Counted from the first letter of the stretch, positions 8,641 through 19,189 are shown. The stretch: DNA of 64,000 nucleotides from Verrucomicrobiia bacterium (GCA_963664225.1 OY760937.1:192001-256000); one strand, 5' to 3'. Program-made: numbers and translations. Notes: generated from the sequence alone by a model not told the origin.

Positions 8641-10170
8641 ATGAAAACCATTCTCCATCACGCGCTGGGTGCGTTGTTTCTTGCAGGCGCATTGACAACC
8701 GTTGCTGCGGTGGCGGCGGACCAGCCGCAGTTCGGCCAGCGCTACACGCGCAACATGGTGTCGGAGGAGACCGGCCTGCCTGATACTTTCGATCCCGCGT
8801 CCGGCAAAAATCTCAAATGGCAGGTTCCGCTGGGCACGGAATCCTATTCCACGCCGGTGATAGCCGGGGGACGCGTCTTCATTGGCACGAATAACGAATT
8901 GCCGCGCAATCCCAATCACAAAGGGGATCTGGGCGTTCTGCTGTGCCTGGACGAAAAGGATGGCCAGATGAAGTGGCAATCCCTGATTCCCAAGCGGGAA
9001 GGGGACATGTTCCTCGATTGGCCCCGTAGTGGCATGCCGTCCCCCGCCACGGTCGAGGGCAACCGCGTTTACATCAATAATAATCGCGGTGTGGTGATGT
9101 GCCTGGATATCGATGGCATGGCCAATGGCAACGACGGGCCTTTCAAGGACGAGGCTAAAATCATGGTGCATCCCGGCGAGGCCCCAACCACCGTGGACCC
9201 CACGGATGCCGATGTGCTCTGGACCTTCGATCTGACCGCGGAGGCGGGGATTCATTCCCATGACGGCGCGCATTCCTCGATCCTCGTTCACGGCGATTTT
9301 CTGTATCTGAACACCGGCAACGGCGTGGATAACACGCACCGGAAGATTCGCTCTCCTGAAGCGCCCAGCCTGGTGGTGCTGGACAAAAAGACGGGTCGCT
9401 GGCTGGCGCGCGACAACGAGCACATCGGCCCCACTATTTTCCATTCCACCTGGTCCTCCCCGGCCTTGGGCGAGGTCAATGGCAGGACGCTGATCTTTTT
9501 CTGCGGTGGAAATGGCGTCGTGTATGCGTTTGAACCGCTGAAGGAGGCCCCGCTCGAGGGCAAGGTCCTCAATCTGACCAAAGTCTGGCAGTTCGATTTC
9601 GATCCCACAGCGCCCAAGGAGGACGTTCACCGCTTTACAGGGAATCGCAAGGAAAGCCCCAGCAACATCAAGAGCATGCCCGTTTTCGATAAAAACCGCC
9701 TGTATGTCACCGGGGGCGGCGACGTGTGGTGGGGCAAGAACGAGGCCTGGCTGAAGTGCATCGATGCCACGGGTTCCGGCAACATCACGACCAACGGTCT
9801 GAAATGGTCGTATCCGCTGGAGCGCCACTGCATGGCCACGCCGACTGTTTACAATGGCATGGTGTTCGTCGGCGATTGCGCCGGCAAGATTCATTGCGTG
9901 GATGCGAACTCGGGCCGTCCCATTTGGGTGCATGACGGAGAGGGGGAGATCTGGAGTTCCGCGCTGGTGGCCGATGGCAAGGTCTATGTCGGCACGCGTG
10001 AGGGCACGCTGTGGACCTTGACCGCGTCCAGGGACAAGCAGGTTCTGGCCAAAGTGCAATTGGACGGCCCGATTAACGCAACACCCGTCGCCGCCAACGG
10101 CGTTCTTTACATCGCCACCATGAAACACCTTTACGCCGCCCGCAAAGACTCGGGAACTGTCCAACCGTAA
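8641..10170 (+). CDS. PQQ-like/BamB-like beta-propeller repeat protein, secreted
   Basis: Signal peptide; repeated S(T/S)P...G.V(F/Y).G...CLD...G...W blades. Confidence 0.85.
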   Translation: MKTILHHALGALFLAGALTTVAAVAADQPQFGQRYTRNMVSEETGLPDTFDPASGKNLKWQVPLGTESYSTPVIAGGRVFIGTNNELPRNPNHKGDLGVLLCLDEKDGQMKWQSLIPKREGDMFLDWPRSGMPSPATVEGNRVYINNNRGVVMCLDIDGMANGNDGPFKDEAKIMVHPGEAPTTVDPTDADVLWTFDLTAEAGIHSHDGAHSSILVHGDFLYLNTGNGVDNTHRKIRSPEAPSLVVLDKKTGRWLARDNEHIGPTIFHSTWSSPALGEVNGRTLIFFCGGNGVVYAFEPLKEAPLEGKVLNLTKVWQFDFDPTAPKEDVHRFTGNRKESPSNIKSMPVFDKNRLYVTGGGDVWWGKNEAWLKCIDATGSGNITTNGLKWSYPLERHCMATPTVYNGMVFVGDCAGKIHCVDANSGRPIWVHDGEGEIWSSALVADGKVYVGTREGTLWTLTASRDKQVLAKVQLDGPINATPVAANGVLYIATMKHLYAARKDSGTVQP

Positions 10171-10245
10171 TCGACTTGCAGTCGCGAGCATTTTCCTTCC
10201 AAAAAAGCGTCGTTTCGCGCAAGGTCCAGCCCGCTGGAAACGATT

Positions 10246-11187
10246 ATGGAAATGAACGCAAATTCACGGGTGTTTGTGGCGGGGCATCGCGGCCTGGTGG
10301 GCGGCGCCATCTGGCGGGCGTTGCAAGGTCGGGGTTTCAAGAACTTGATGGGCCGGACGCGCGCGGAATTGGACCTCATGGACACCGTGGCGGTGCGCCA
10401 TTTCTATGCGACCGAGAAACCCGAATACGTCTTTGTGGCCGCCGCGAAGGTGGGGGGCATTCACGCCAATTCCACGCAACCGGCTTCGTTTCTCTTCGAG
10501 AATCTCCAGATCCAGAACAACCTGATTCACGAGGCCTGGAAGGCGGGCGTGAAAAAACTCCTTTTCCTGGGCAGTTCCTGCATTTACCCCAAGCTGGCCC
10601 CGCAGCCCCTTCATGAAGACGCGTTGCTGAGCGGACCCCTCGAGCCGACCAATGAATGGTATGCCATCGCCAAGATTGCGGGCATTAAAATGTGCCAGGC
10701 CTATCGCCGTCAGTATCAGGCCGATTTCATCAGCGCCATGCCCACAAACATGTATGGGCCCGGTGATAATTACGACCTGAACACCTCGCATGTGCTCCCG
10801 GCCCTGATTCACAAATTTCATGCTGCGAAAGCCTCCAAGGCGCCCCATGTGGTTTGCTGGGGTTCCGGGACTCCCCTGCGGGAATTTCTCCACTCTGACG
10901 ATCTGGCCCGGGCCTGCGTGTTTCTAATGGAACACTACAGCGAGGAAAACTTCATCAACGTCGGTTCCGGCGTGGAAATCACCATTCGCGGCCTGGCCGA
11001 ATTGGTCCGCGATGTGGTGGGGTATCAGGGCGACATTGTCTGGGACGCCTCCAAACCGGACGGCACGCCCCGCAAATTGATGGACAGTTCCCGTCTGTTC
11101 GCCCTCGGATGGAAGCCGCAGATCGACCTGCCAACGGGCATTCGCATGGCCTACGCCGACTTCCTGAAAAACGACGGCCGCCGATAA
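10246..11187 (+). CDS. fcl: GDP-L-fucose synthase
   Basis: VAGHRGLVG, AAKVGGIHAN, LGSSCIYP, YAIAK, SHVLPALI, KPDGTPRK. Confidence 0.96.
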   Translation: MEMNANSRVFVAGHRGLVGGAIWRALQGRGFKNLMGRTRAELDLMDTVAVRHFYATEKPEYVFVAAAKVGGIHANSTQPASFLFENLQIQNNLIHEAWKAGVKKLLFLGSSCIYPKLAPQPLHEDALLSGPLEPTNEWYAIAKIAGIKMCQAYRRQYQADFISAMPTNMYGPGDNYDLNTSHVLPALIHKFHAAKASKAPHVVCWGSGTPLREFLHSDDLARACVFLMEHYSEENFINVGSGVEITIRGLAELVRDVVGYQGDIVWDASKPDGTPRKLMDSSRLFALGWKPQIDLPTGIRMAYADFLKNDGRR

Positions 11188-11229
11188 AAATCGCTGCCTC
11201 ACGGTTTGGCATCCCATCGTGACTCCAGC

Positions 11230-11735
11230 AAGGTAGGGCGATCAGTCCCCTGAGCGCCTCCCGCTCTTTTCCATGTGATCCTTGATTTCCATGCGGTTTA
11301 ATATTCTTTTCCGCTCTCCCGCCCTAAACTTGAATTGCCACAATCTAGGCGAATAATCCGAGCGCGCATGTCTTCCCTCCCGCCCTGCGAGTGGCTTAAG
11401 AAAGGTAGGGCGATCAGTCCCCTGAGCGCCGCCCGTTCCTTTCCATGTGATCTTTGATTTCCATGCGGTTAAATATTCTTTTCCGCTCTCCCGCCCTAAA
11501 CTTGAATTGCCACGAACCAGGCGAATAACCTGAGCGCATATGTCTTCTCTCCCGCCCTGCGAGTGGCTTAAGAAAGGTAGGGCGATCAGTCCCCTGAGCG
11601 CCGCCCGTTCCTTTCCATGTGATCTTTGATTTCCATGCGGTTAAAAATTCTTTTCCCGCGCTCCCGCCTTAAACCTGAATTGCCACGAACCAGGCGAATA
11701 ACCTGAGCGCGCATGTCTTCCCTCCCGCCCCGCGA
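11230..11735. repeat. Three tandem 172-bp units, each with a GTAG-type REP
   Basis: Units start at 11230, 11402 and 11574 with AAGGTAGGGCGATCAGTCCCCTGAGCGCC. Confidence 0.9.
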
Positions 11736-11796
11736 GGCACGAGCGGGGAGTTGGAGGGAGGGGTTTCCAGAAGATTTCTACCATTCATCGATGCAT

Positions 11797-11924
11797 CGGA
11801 CGCCTTTCCCGTGCGCGGTTTGAGCATTGCAGCGCCGCGACCGGACCGTTTGGACAAGTTCATCAAGTTCGTCGATGAAGAACTCGCGCCTCGAGGTGTG
11901 AACACCCTGATTCTCCGGGTGGAT
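11797..11924 (+). pseudogene. 128-bp duplicate fragment of the 5' coding region of the GH20-like gene (14171-14298)
   Basis: Encodes the identical peptide DAFPVRGLSIAAPRPDRLDKFIKFVDEELAPRGVNTLILRVD with 7 nucleotide differences. Confidence 0.9.
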
Positions 11925-12045
11925 CGAAATCGAGCTGAGTAGTTGCCTCCCAGTTGGGATTCTGCCGGCGGCTGGCTGGTCCCGGTTATTTTCAGGTAGC
12001 GTGCGGCGGTCAGGGTGAAGGAGAAGCTTTTCGCCCCGGCGCCGG

Positions 12046-13557
12046 TCAGTTACCACCGATGGTATACGTGCCGCTGGCAATGACGCTATTTGACATGCCT
12101 GCTTTGGTCGCCAGGGCCTTTACCGTGGTCGTGGTGGATATGGTCAAGGGGCCGCCGTACGCCGGTGAGGACGCCGTGGGAGCGTTGCCATTGGTGGTAT
12201 AGTGGATCATCGCCCCGGACGTGGCGCAATTGAGCGTCACCGATACGGCGGAGGAATAATTCCCCCTCGACGGATTGAGGGTGGGCGCGGCCACAGTGCC
12301 GGGCAGCGGAGTGCTGTAGGTTATCGACAACTGCGCATAACAGAGGTCGCTTCGGTTGGTCATAAGGTGATGTCCGTCCACGAGGGGGCCGTCGTTGCTC
12401 CAGAACAGGTATGGGCTGCCGCTGCCCGTCGACCCAAAATTGTATCCGGTACAGGTCGGATCCATGATTGTTGCATAAGGCCAGAACGCAATCGGATCCA
12501 CTTGTGGCACACCCGCGATGGCGGCGTAGTCGCTCCAAACGGGACTGGCAAGGGTCTTACTCGTCATATAGCAAAGACGGTTCAAACTCTTATTGAAGAA
12601 AACGCAAATCCAACATTGGGCATTTGTGTCGTATATTAAAGACTGGTTCCAACTGGCGTAGCTTACACCGCCTTGTTTTGGGTAAAAAGTGCCCCAATTA
12701 AGAACGGGCGTGGTGGAGATGGGTGAATAGTTGCCGCCCCCGATCCAGACCGTCCACCCATCCGGCTTGGTGAAGTCGGTCGTGCGAATAATTACCACGC
12801 CTTCCTTGTCCATGGCCGGCTCGCCGGTGCCGGGGTCGATCCGTGTGAAGTCACGATGATACAGATTGCCCAAGGCATAATAGTAGGCTCCTTCTTTGAA
12901 TATACCGGTAATCTGCTGCAAACCGCTGAAAGTATTCCAAGTACGCTTCCAAACCCCGTCCGCAAATGCCTGTGACCCCGTCCAATAGAATCCGGGACTG
13001 GTCACCAAATGATTGCCATTGTGCGTGTTGAGCGCAAATGAAGCTCCTCCATTGTGAGAAACGTAAGCATTTACCGAGGTCACCCACCCTCGGGATCCGG
13101 GTCCGCCGGCCAGCCGTTCCGCATACCATTCGGTGTGCGCCAATCCATAAAAGTTCACGCCATCCTCACTATAGGCCCCCAAAATAAATGGATAGTAGTT
13201 GTACAGGTTCTCTTGGATCTGCGTCCCGGACACCTTCGCGCTGTAAATCTTCTGGGGATCAAATGTCAGATGCAGCAAGTCCGGCCCCCGCAAACGGTAC
13301 ATTTCAGGACTGGGCATAAGCAAGTTCACTGTGCCGTCCGCTTCCCGCCAGGCGCTCATCGTCCCGTCAGCGAAACACCAGTCTTCTGTTTTTTGCGTAT
13401 GGTCGAAGAACTTCACCGCCGGGCCCACGACCTTGATGCCCGTGATTGTGTTTTCCGCCAGCACAGTGTTTATACCGAACCATGACATCTGCAAAAACAC
13501 CAAACCCGCGGTCAATGTTAAAACGCAACCGGCGCTTCGCCGTGATTTTCCTGTCAT
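12046..13557 (-). CDS. Secreted protein with C-terminal chitobiase/Fn3-associated (CHB_HEX_C-like) domain; N-terminal domain unknown, beta-rich
   Basis: Signal-like N-terminus; C-terminal VAAPTLNPSRGNY...IHYTTNGNAPT...TTVKALATKAGMSNS. Confidence 0.75.
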   Translation of the reverse strand: MTGKSRRSAGCVLTLTAGLVFLQMSWFGINTVLAENTITGIKVVGPAVKFFDHTQKTEDWCFADGTMSAWREADGTVNLLMPSPEMYRLRGPDLLHLTFDPQKIYSAKVSGTQIQENLYNYYPFILGAYSEDGVNFYGLAHTEWYAERLAGGPGSRGWVTSVNAYVSHNGGASFALNTHNGNHLVTSPGFYWTGSQAFADGVWKRTWNTFSGLQQITGIFKEGAYYYALGNLYHRDFTRIDPGTGEPAMDKEGVVIIRTTDFTKPDGWTVWIGGGNYSPISTTPVLNWGTFYPKQGGVSYASWNQSLIYDTNAQCWICVFFNKSLNRLCYMTSKTLASPVWSDYAAIAGVPQVDPIAFWPYATIMDPTCTGYNFGSTGSGSPYLFWSNDGPLVDGHHLMTNRSDLCYAQLSITYSTPLPGTVAAPTLNPSRGNYSSAVSVTLNCATSGAMIHYTTNGNAPTASSPAYGGPLTISTTTTVKALATKAGMSNSVIASGTYTIGGN

Positions 13558-14088
13558 AGCGCACCTCCTCTGTAGTGCATAACTAATTCTGAGAGAGAAA
13601 AGGCTCGGAATCGGTTGACACTTTGGGTTCTTGTTTTTCCTTCACGGTGATCCATCCCTGGCGGCGTAGCCAGGTTTCCACGACCAGGCAGCAAGCGGCG
13701 GCGGCGGTGGTGTGGCGGGACCGTTCCAGCATAATTTCCGTAAATTGCAAGAAGAGCTGGAATACTTCAAGGAGAATTCTCCGGCGGGAATCTCCGTGGG
13801 CGCAGGACAAAATTCTTCAGGAAATCCAAAAAGCCCTTAAAACGCCATAAAAGTATATAGGGAGAATTGCCTCGCTCAACCGTATGAAACGGACGCGCGA
13901 TCTTCCCTCCCGCCCTGCGAGGCACGAGCGGGGAGGGAGTTGGAGGGAGGGGTCGCCAGAAGATTCCTCCCAGGCATCCGATTTTTTCTTTTCGATTGTC
14001 CATTTTCCATAGTCAATTGTCCATTTCCTCCGCTCTTGCCTATTCTCCAATTTCATGCCATTGAAAAGCCAATCCGTTGAATCCCTGC

Positions 14089-15954
14089 ATGAAAATGAAT
14101 CGCATGAAACTGCCCTGGGTGTTTTGTTTGCTGGCCTCGTTGTGTTGTCTTCGCGCGCAGGACAAGCCTGCGGACGCCTTTCCCGTCCGCGGTTTGAGCA
14201 TTGCAGCGCCGCGACCCGACCGTCTGGACAAATTCATCAAGTTCGTCGATGAAGAACTCGCCCCTCGCGGTGTGAACACCCTGATACTCCGGGTGGATTA
14301 TGGTTTTCAGTTTGCTTCGCATCCCGAGCTGAGCGATGGCAATGGATTGTCGCGGGCGGATGCGGGTCGTCTGGTGGAGGTCTGCAAAAAGAATCACATC
14401 AAAATCATTCCGCTCATCGACCTGCTGGGGCATCAATCCTGGGACACGCATCCGGGCAATCTGCTCAAGACGCACCCTGAGTTCGATGAAACGCCCTGGG
14501 TGAAGTTCCCGGAGAAGTATAAATGGCCCAATGAAGACAGGCTCTATTGCAAGAGCTATTGTCCGCTGCATCCCGGGGTTCACGATGTGGTTTTTCCGCT
14601 GGTGGACGAGGTGTGCGACGCCTTTGAAGCGGAGGCTTTTCATGCGGGAATGGACGAGGTGTTTTACATCGGCGAGGACAAGTGCCCGCGCTGTGGCGGC
14701 AAGGACAAGTCCGAATTATTCGCCGGGGAGCTGAAAAAAATCAGGGATCATCTGGCCTTGAAAAATCGCAAACTGTGGATTTGGGGGGATCGCCTGTTGG
14801 ATGGAAAAACGACCGGTCTGGGTGAATGGGAAGCCAGCGAGAATGACACCTTCCGCGCGATCGACATGATCCCCAGGGACATCACGATCTGCGACTGGCA
14901 CTATGTCAAACCCGAGCCCACGGCGGCCTATTTCGCGATGAAGGGTTTTTCCGTGGTCACCTGTCCATGGAACAATCCCAAAAGCGGCGTGCTTCAGGTG
15001 CGCGACATGGCAAAAACCAGGGACAACGCAAACGCCAAAATTCGTGGCAATTTACAGGGCATTGTCGAAACCGTCTGGTCCGGTGCGGATTCGTTCATCG
15101 ATGAATATTACGGTCTGATGAAAGGCGCGGCGCCGAAGAAGGAAAGTCAGGCGCAATGTTTCATTCAGGTGTTTGAGGAGATGTCCGGCCACCTCCAAAA
15201 GCAGGCGACTCCGGACCGCAAGCGCAACCTGCTCATCATCGGCCAGAGCATCGGCTACCAGCATGATTCCGTGTCCAGCGCCATGGCCACGCTTTACCGC
15301 CTGGGCCGCGAAACCGGTCTCTGGGACACCTGCTTTAAAACGGACTGCACCGCCATCACCAAAAAACCGCTCAAGTGGGGTGCGAAGAACCTCGATGCCT
15401 TTGATGCCGTCATGTTCTTTACCGATGGCGATTTGAGCATGGATGATTCCCAGAAGGCCGACCTCCTGAATTTTGTGCGCGAAGAGGGCAAGGGCTTCAT
15501 TGGCGTGCATAGTGCCACGATCACGTTTACCACATGGCCGGAATACGGCGAAATGATTGGCGGCTATTTTGACGGCCATCCATGGGGCGAATTCAACGCA
15601 CCGCTCATTGTCGAGGACCCGGCATTTCCGGGGTTGGCGCATTTCCCGCGCACGTTCACGCTCAAGGACGAAATCTACCAGATTCGGAATTACTCGCGTG
15701 ATAACGTTCGCGTGCTTCTCCGTCTCGATCCCAATGGTGTGGATCTCACGAAAAAGGATGTTCACCGCACGGATGGCGATTTCGCGGTCGCCTGGGCGCG
15801 CAACTATGGCAAGGGCCGTGTTCTCTATAACGGTCTGGGCCATGGGCAGGATGTCTGGGACCGTCCGGACATTCAGAAGATGTGGGTCGAAATGATCCAA
15901 TGGGCCATGGGTCTCAAGCCAGGGGATGCCACGCCCCGGCCCCTGCCCAAATAG
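14089..15954 (+). CDS. GH20-like hexosaminidase domain fused to a ThuA-like domain, secreted
   Basis: Signal peptide, LLGHQ, FHAGMDEV (GH20-type catalytic DE); C-terminal GYQHDS, GFIGVHSA, DEIY, GKGRVLYNGLGH (ThuA). Confidence 0.8.
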   Translation: MKMNRMKLPWVFCLLASLCCLRAQDKPADAFPVRGLSIAAPRPDRLDKFIKFVDEELAPRGVNTLILRVDYGFQFASHPELSDGNGLSRADAGRLVEVCKKNHIKIIPLIDLLGHQSWDTHPGNLLKTHPEFDETPWVKFPEKYKWPNEDRLYCKSYCPLHPGVHDVVFPLVDEVCDAFEAEAFHAGMDEVFYIGEDKCPRCGGKDKSELFAGELKKIRDHLALKNRKLWIWGDRLLDGKTTGLGEWEASENDTFRAIDMIPRDITICDWHYVKPEPTAAYFAMKGFSVVTCPWNNPKSGVLQVRDMAKTRDNANAKIRGNLQGIVETVWSGADSFIDEYYGLMKGAAPKKESQAQCFIQVFEEMSGHLQKQATPDRKRNLLIIGQSIGYQHDSVSSAMATLYRLGRETGLWDTCFKTDCTAITKKPLKWGAKNLDAFDAVMFFTDGDLSMDDSQKADLLNFVREEGKGFIGVHSATITFTTWPEYGEMIGGYFDGHPWGEFNAPLIVEDPAFPGLAHFPRTFTLKDEIYQIRNYSRDNVRVLLRLDPNGVDLTKKDVHRTDGDFAVAWARNYGKGRVLYNGLGHGQDVWDRPDIQKMWVEMIQWAMGLKPGDATPRPLPK

Positions 15955-16333
15955 CGTACAGGACAAAATTCAGGAAGCTGGTAAAAGCCTAAACCGCACG
16001 AACCCGGCCAGGACGCCAATCGGCGGTGTGGGGCATTAAGTCCGGCGCGGTGGCAGCTCCTAAACCGTGCAATAAACCCAAGACTCGCAATACTCCTCCT
16101 CCTCCTGGGGGGAAGGCCGGGTTGAGGGCGGTCGTCCTTTTAGATCTGACTTTTCCGGACCCTCAATCGGCGCCCGGCCATTCCCGAAACCCATGCTATA
16201 TTTGTTTCTTATATACTCACATGCCCTTTTCATGGCTTTTTTCGCTTGCCGAAGAATTTTGTCATGCCCCTGCCCAAATAATGGCTGTGCTGCAATGCTT
16301 GCGCGCAGTGCGGCGGGAATCTATTGTGGCGTC

Positions 16334-19174
16334 ATGAACTTCTGGTTTTTGCTGGCGTTCGTGTTTTGCGCCGTCGAAGGATGGGCCGACAGCGGAGCCT
16401 TGGTGCGCTCGGGGGATTGGTGGAAGTATCTGCCCGGCACGAATTATCCCTCCGAAATCATTGGCGCATGGAAGGAGCCGGTCTTTAACGATTCGAACTG
16501 GCTCTCGGGACCGTGCCGCATCGGCTTTCTGGGCGGGGCTTTCGAGAATGCCAGTTTAATACCGCAAAATGCTCCCTCGGTTTATCTGCGAAAACAATTC
16601 ATCGTTCAGGACACAAATACCATCACCTGGCTCGTGTTGCGCCTGGATTACCAGGATGGCTATGTGGCGTATCTCAACGGGCAGGAAATCTCGCGCAAGG
16701 GCTTGGGTGGCTTAAGCGGAGATCCGGTGCCTTTCGATGCCAAAGCGGATCTGCATCCGGGGGGCGTGGCCGAGGAATTGGACATCACGGCATTCAAGAG
16801 TCTGTTGCATGACGGCGAAAACACGATTGCCATCGAGTGTCATCAGGCCGCCGCCGATCGCGTCACTATGTTTGCGGAACTGGTGGCCAATTTCACACGC
16901 GGCCCCTATGTGCAGGGAACCTCCTCGAATAGCACGCGCATTGTCTGGAAGACTCCCCTCGCATCAGATTCCACCGTCGAATATTCGGAAGTGGGCGCGG
17001 GGGAAACTCCCACGCTGACTGCGCACAGCGATACGTTGACGAATCTGCACCTGGTCACCCTCGAGAACCTGCGCCCCGACACGCGTTACAGTTATCGCGT
17101 CATCAGTGTCGCGGACACCAACGGCGCCAATCGTGCCGCCAGCAGTCCCTTTGAATTTCACACCTTCAAGGCCGGCGGCGGGGTGCGGTTTGCGGTCATT
17201 GCCGACTGTGGATCGGGCGGCGTGGACCAGTATCGAATGGCCGGAGTCCTGCGTTCATTAAATGTGGATCTGGTCGTCGTGGCCGGAGATGTCATTTATC
17301 CGCAATACACCTCGGGCCGCGCCGATGCGCGCTGCTTCAGCGTTTACCAACCTCAAATGTCCGGCGTTCCCTTTTTCGTGCTCCCGGGCAATCATGATCG
17401 CTATGCCAGCCCCGTGGATCTCTTTCAGGACTTCTACCCTGAAACCCCGGCCGGCTTTCCAGACGGTCTGTTCTATTCCTTTGACGCGGGCGACGCCCAC
17501 TTTGTGATTCTGGATACGGATTTGGGCGTGGGGATCGGAATCTGGCCGGGCAGCCCTCAAAACCAATGGTTGGAAAACGATCTGCGAACCACCACGAAAC
17601 CCTGGAAATTCATCTTTGCCCATAATCCCTGGTGGTCTTCGGGACCCCATGAATGGGACGATTACAACGTGAACCACTATCTGGACGAGATTGAATTGCG
17701 GGATAGCCTGGGTGTCGTGGCATTGCGTTACGGAGCGCAGGTCGGGTTTTATGGACATGAACACACCTATGAGCGCCTCGGTCCCGTTCAAGGGTTCCAC
17801 ACCATTATCACCGGTGGTGGCGGCGCGTATCTCTACTTCGAGTCCACCCCCAGTCCCTTTAGCGTTCAATATAACATGCAGCACGAAGTGGTGCTGGCCT
17901 CGCTCGAAGGCGACACACTCCAGACCTATGCCATCAACATTGACGGCCAACTCATTGATGCCATGAGCATCGGTCGTTCCGCCCCCGCCCGCCAGCCGAT
18001 CCAGGCCGCGTGGCAATCCCCTGCCTTGGACCTGCCGCTCACCGATGACGGCGATGGCAACCGCAGCAATCAGGTCTTTCGCGCCATCGGCTCCGGCATT
18101 ACCTCGGTGGCCGGCCAATCCGCAAACCTCGGTCGTCTCTTTGTGAATAACGACGAGGCCATGCTTTATCTTGGCATTGACCGCGCGATGATCCGCGACA
18201 ATCAAAACATCTACCTCTTCATTGAGTCGCCGGGATTGGAAGGCGTTACCAACATGGCCGGTCTCGGCAATGGCCTGCTCGATCCGCTGGGGCAGGGGGC
18301 GGATGGGCTGGACGCTTTGAAGAATCTTTCGTTCACCAATTTCCATCCTGCGGTGGCATGCATTTTGGGCGACGAATTTGCCGATGCCCAGGCCCGCGAT
18401 TTTAAGCGGCCCGGCGCCAAGTTCAGTACGGGCCAGGGCGTCTTTTATCTGAACCAGTCTCTCGATGACGCGCCGGTATTTCAATTGCAGCAATTCAACC
18501 GCAGCCCCCAGCTCGTGCCGGTGCCCGTTGAGCAAAACGCGGATTACATGGAAATCGTTCTGCCATTGGAATCTCTGGGCACACTCAAACCGGGGGATCT
18601 CATCAAGATCGGCGCCGTCGTGGCTCAAGCCTCGCTGATCACGAATAGTGAAAGCCTGATGCAAAACATCGATGCAGGTTACATTGGATATTCATTGACA
18701 AACATCGATAAAAACAACTTTGTACTCGAAGGTTTGCAGGTGCAACTTGCCGTTGCCACCGATGCGGACATGGATGGCCTCCTTGACGAATGGGAGGCGC
18801 GTTACGGTTTGGATCCGCAAAGCGCCATCGGTGAGGATGGTCCTGACGGCGATCCCGACGGGGACGGCATGACAAACCTCCAGGAGCAATTGGCGGGAAC
18901 CGATCCAATGGATGGGGCAAGTGCGCTGCGGTTGGTTTGCACTCGTCTGGACAATGGCGCCGTGCGGTTGACATGGCCAACGGTGACCGGGCGTCAATAT
19001 CTGCTGGAATACTCGGACTCGCTCAAGGCGGATTTTGCGCCAGTTGAATCAGTCGCGCCCGCGGAATTCCCGCAGCGCGCCCAGACCTCCGGGGAAATGA
19101 GCTACTTGGACGCGCCTCCCGGTGACGGCACACGACTCCCCGCGCGTTACTATCGCGTGCAAGTCATGAGATAG
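16334..19174 (+). CDS. Secreted purple-acid-phosphatase-like metallophosphoesterase with Fn3 domain and TSP3-like tail
   Basis: ADCG, GDVIY, GNHD and GHEH motifs; Fn3 LENLRPDTRYSY; DMDGLLDEWE...DPDGDGMTN. Confidence 0.82.
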   Translation: MNFWFLLAFVFCAVEGWADSGALVRSGDWWKYLPGTNYPSEIIGAWKEPVFNDSNWLSGPCRIGFLGGAFENASLIPQNAPSVYLRKQFIVQDTNTITWLVLRLDYQDGYVAYLNGQEISRKGLGGLSGDPVPFDAKADLHPGGVAEELDITAFKSLLHDGENTIAIECHQAAADRVTMFAELVANFTRGPYVQGTSSNSTRIVWKTPLASDSTVEYSEVGAGETPTLTAHSDTLTNLHLVTLENLRPDTRYSYRVISVADTNGANRAASSPFEFHTFKAGGGVRFAVIADCGSGGVDQYRMAGVLRSLNVDLVVVAGDVIYPQYTSGRADARCFSVYQPQMSGVPFFVLPGNHDRYASPVDLFQDFYPETPAGFPDGLFYSFDAGDAHFVILDTDLGVGIGIWPGSPQNQWLENDLRTTTKPWKFIFAHNPWWSSGPHEWDDYNVNHYLDEIELRDSLGVVALRYGAQVGFYGHEHTYERLGPVQGFHTIITGGGGAYLYFESTPSPFSVQYNMQHEVVLASLEGDTLQTYAINIDGQLIDAMSIGRSAPARQPIQAAWQSPALDLPLTDDGDGNRSNQVFRAIGSGITSVAGQSANLGRLFVNNDEAMLYLGIDRAMIRDNQNIYLFIESPGLEGVTNMAGLGNGLLDPLGQGADGLDALKNLSFTNFHPAVACILGDEFADAQARDFKRPGAKFSTGQGVFYLNQSLDDAPVFQLQQFNRSPQLVPVPVEQNADYMEIVLPLESLGTLKPGDLIKIGAVVAQASLITNSESLMQNIDAGYIGYSLTNIDKNNFVLEGLQVQLAVATDADMDGLLDEWEARYGLDPQSAIGEDGPDGDPDGDGMTNLQEQLAGTDPMDGASALRLVCTRLDNGAVRLTWPTVTGRQYLLEYSDSLKADFAPVESVAPAEFPQRAQTSGEMSYLDAPPGDGTRLPARYYRVQVMR

Positions 19175-19189
19175 GCCCGCCTGGCTCGA

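Noticed and set aside
8416..10191. Long antisense ORFs (also 5459-6940, 17258-18664, 19979-21082, 46416-47564, 49663-50673)
   Set aside because: These are shadow frames of well-supported genes in high-GC DNA with no recognisable motifs.
11230..11735. Tandem array as a CRISPR
   Set aside because: Whole 172-bp units are near-identical with no unique spacers, and there are no cas genes in the window.
13583..13850. Short ORFs between the inserted gene and the GH20-like gene (likewise 28849-29136)
   Set aside because: No recognisable motif or convincing start; they may be gene remnants but cannot be supported without a search.
11797..14298. DGR template/variable repeat pair
   Set aside because: Differences are not adenine-specific, all are synonymous, and no reverse transcriptase is present.
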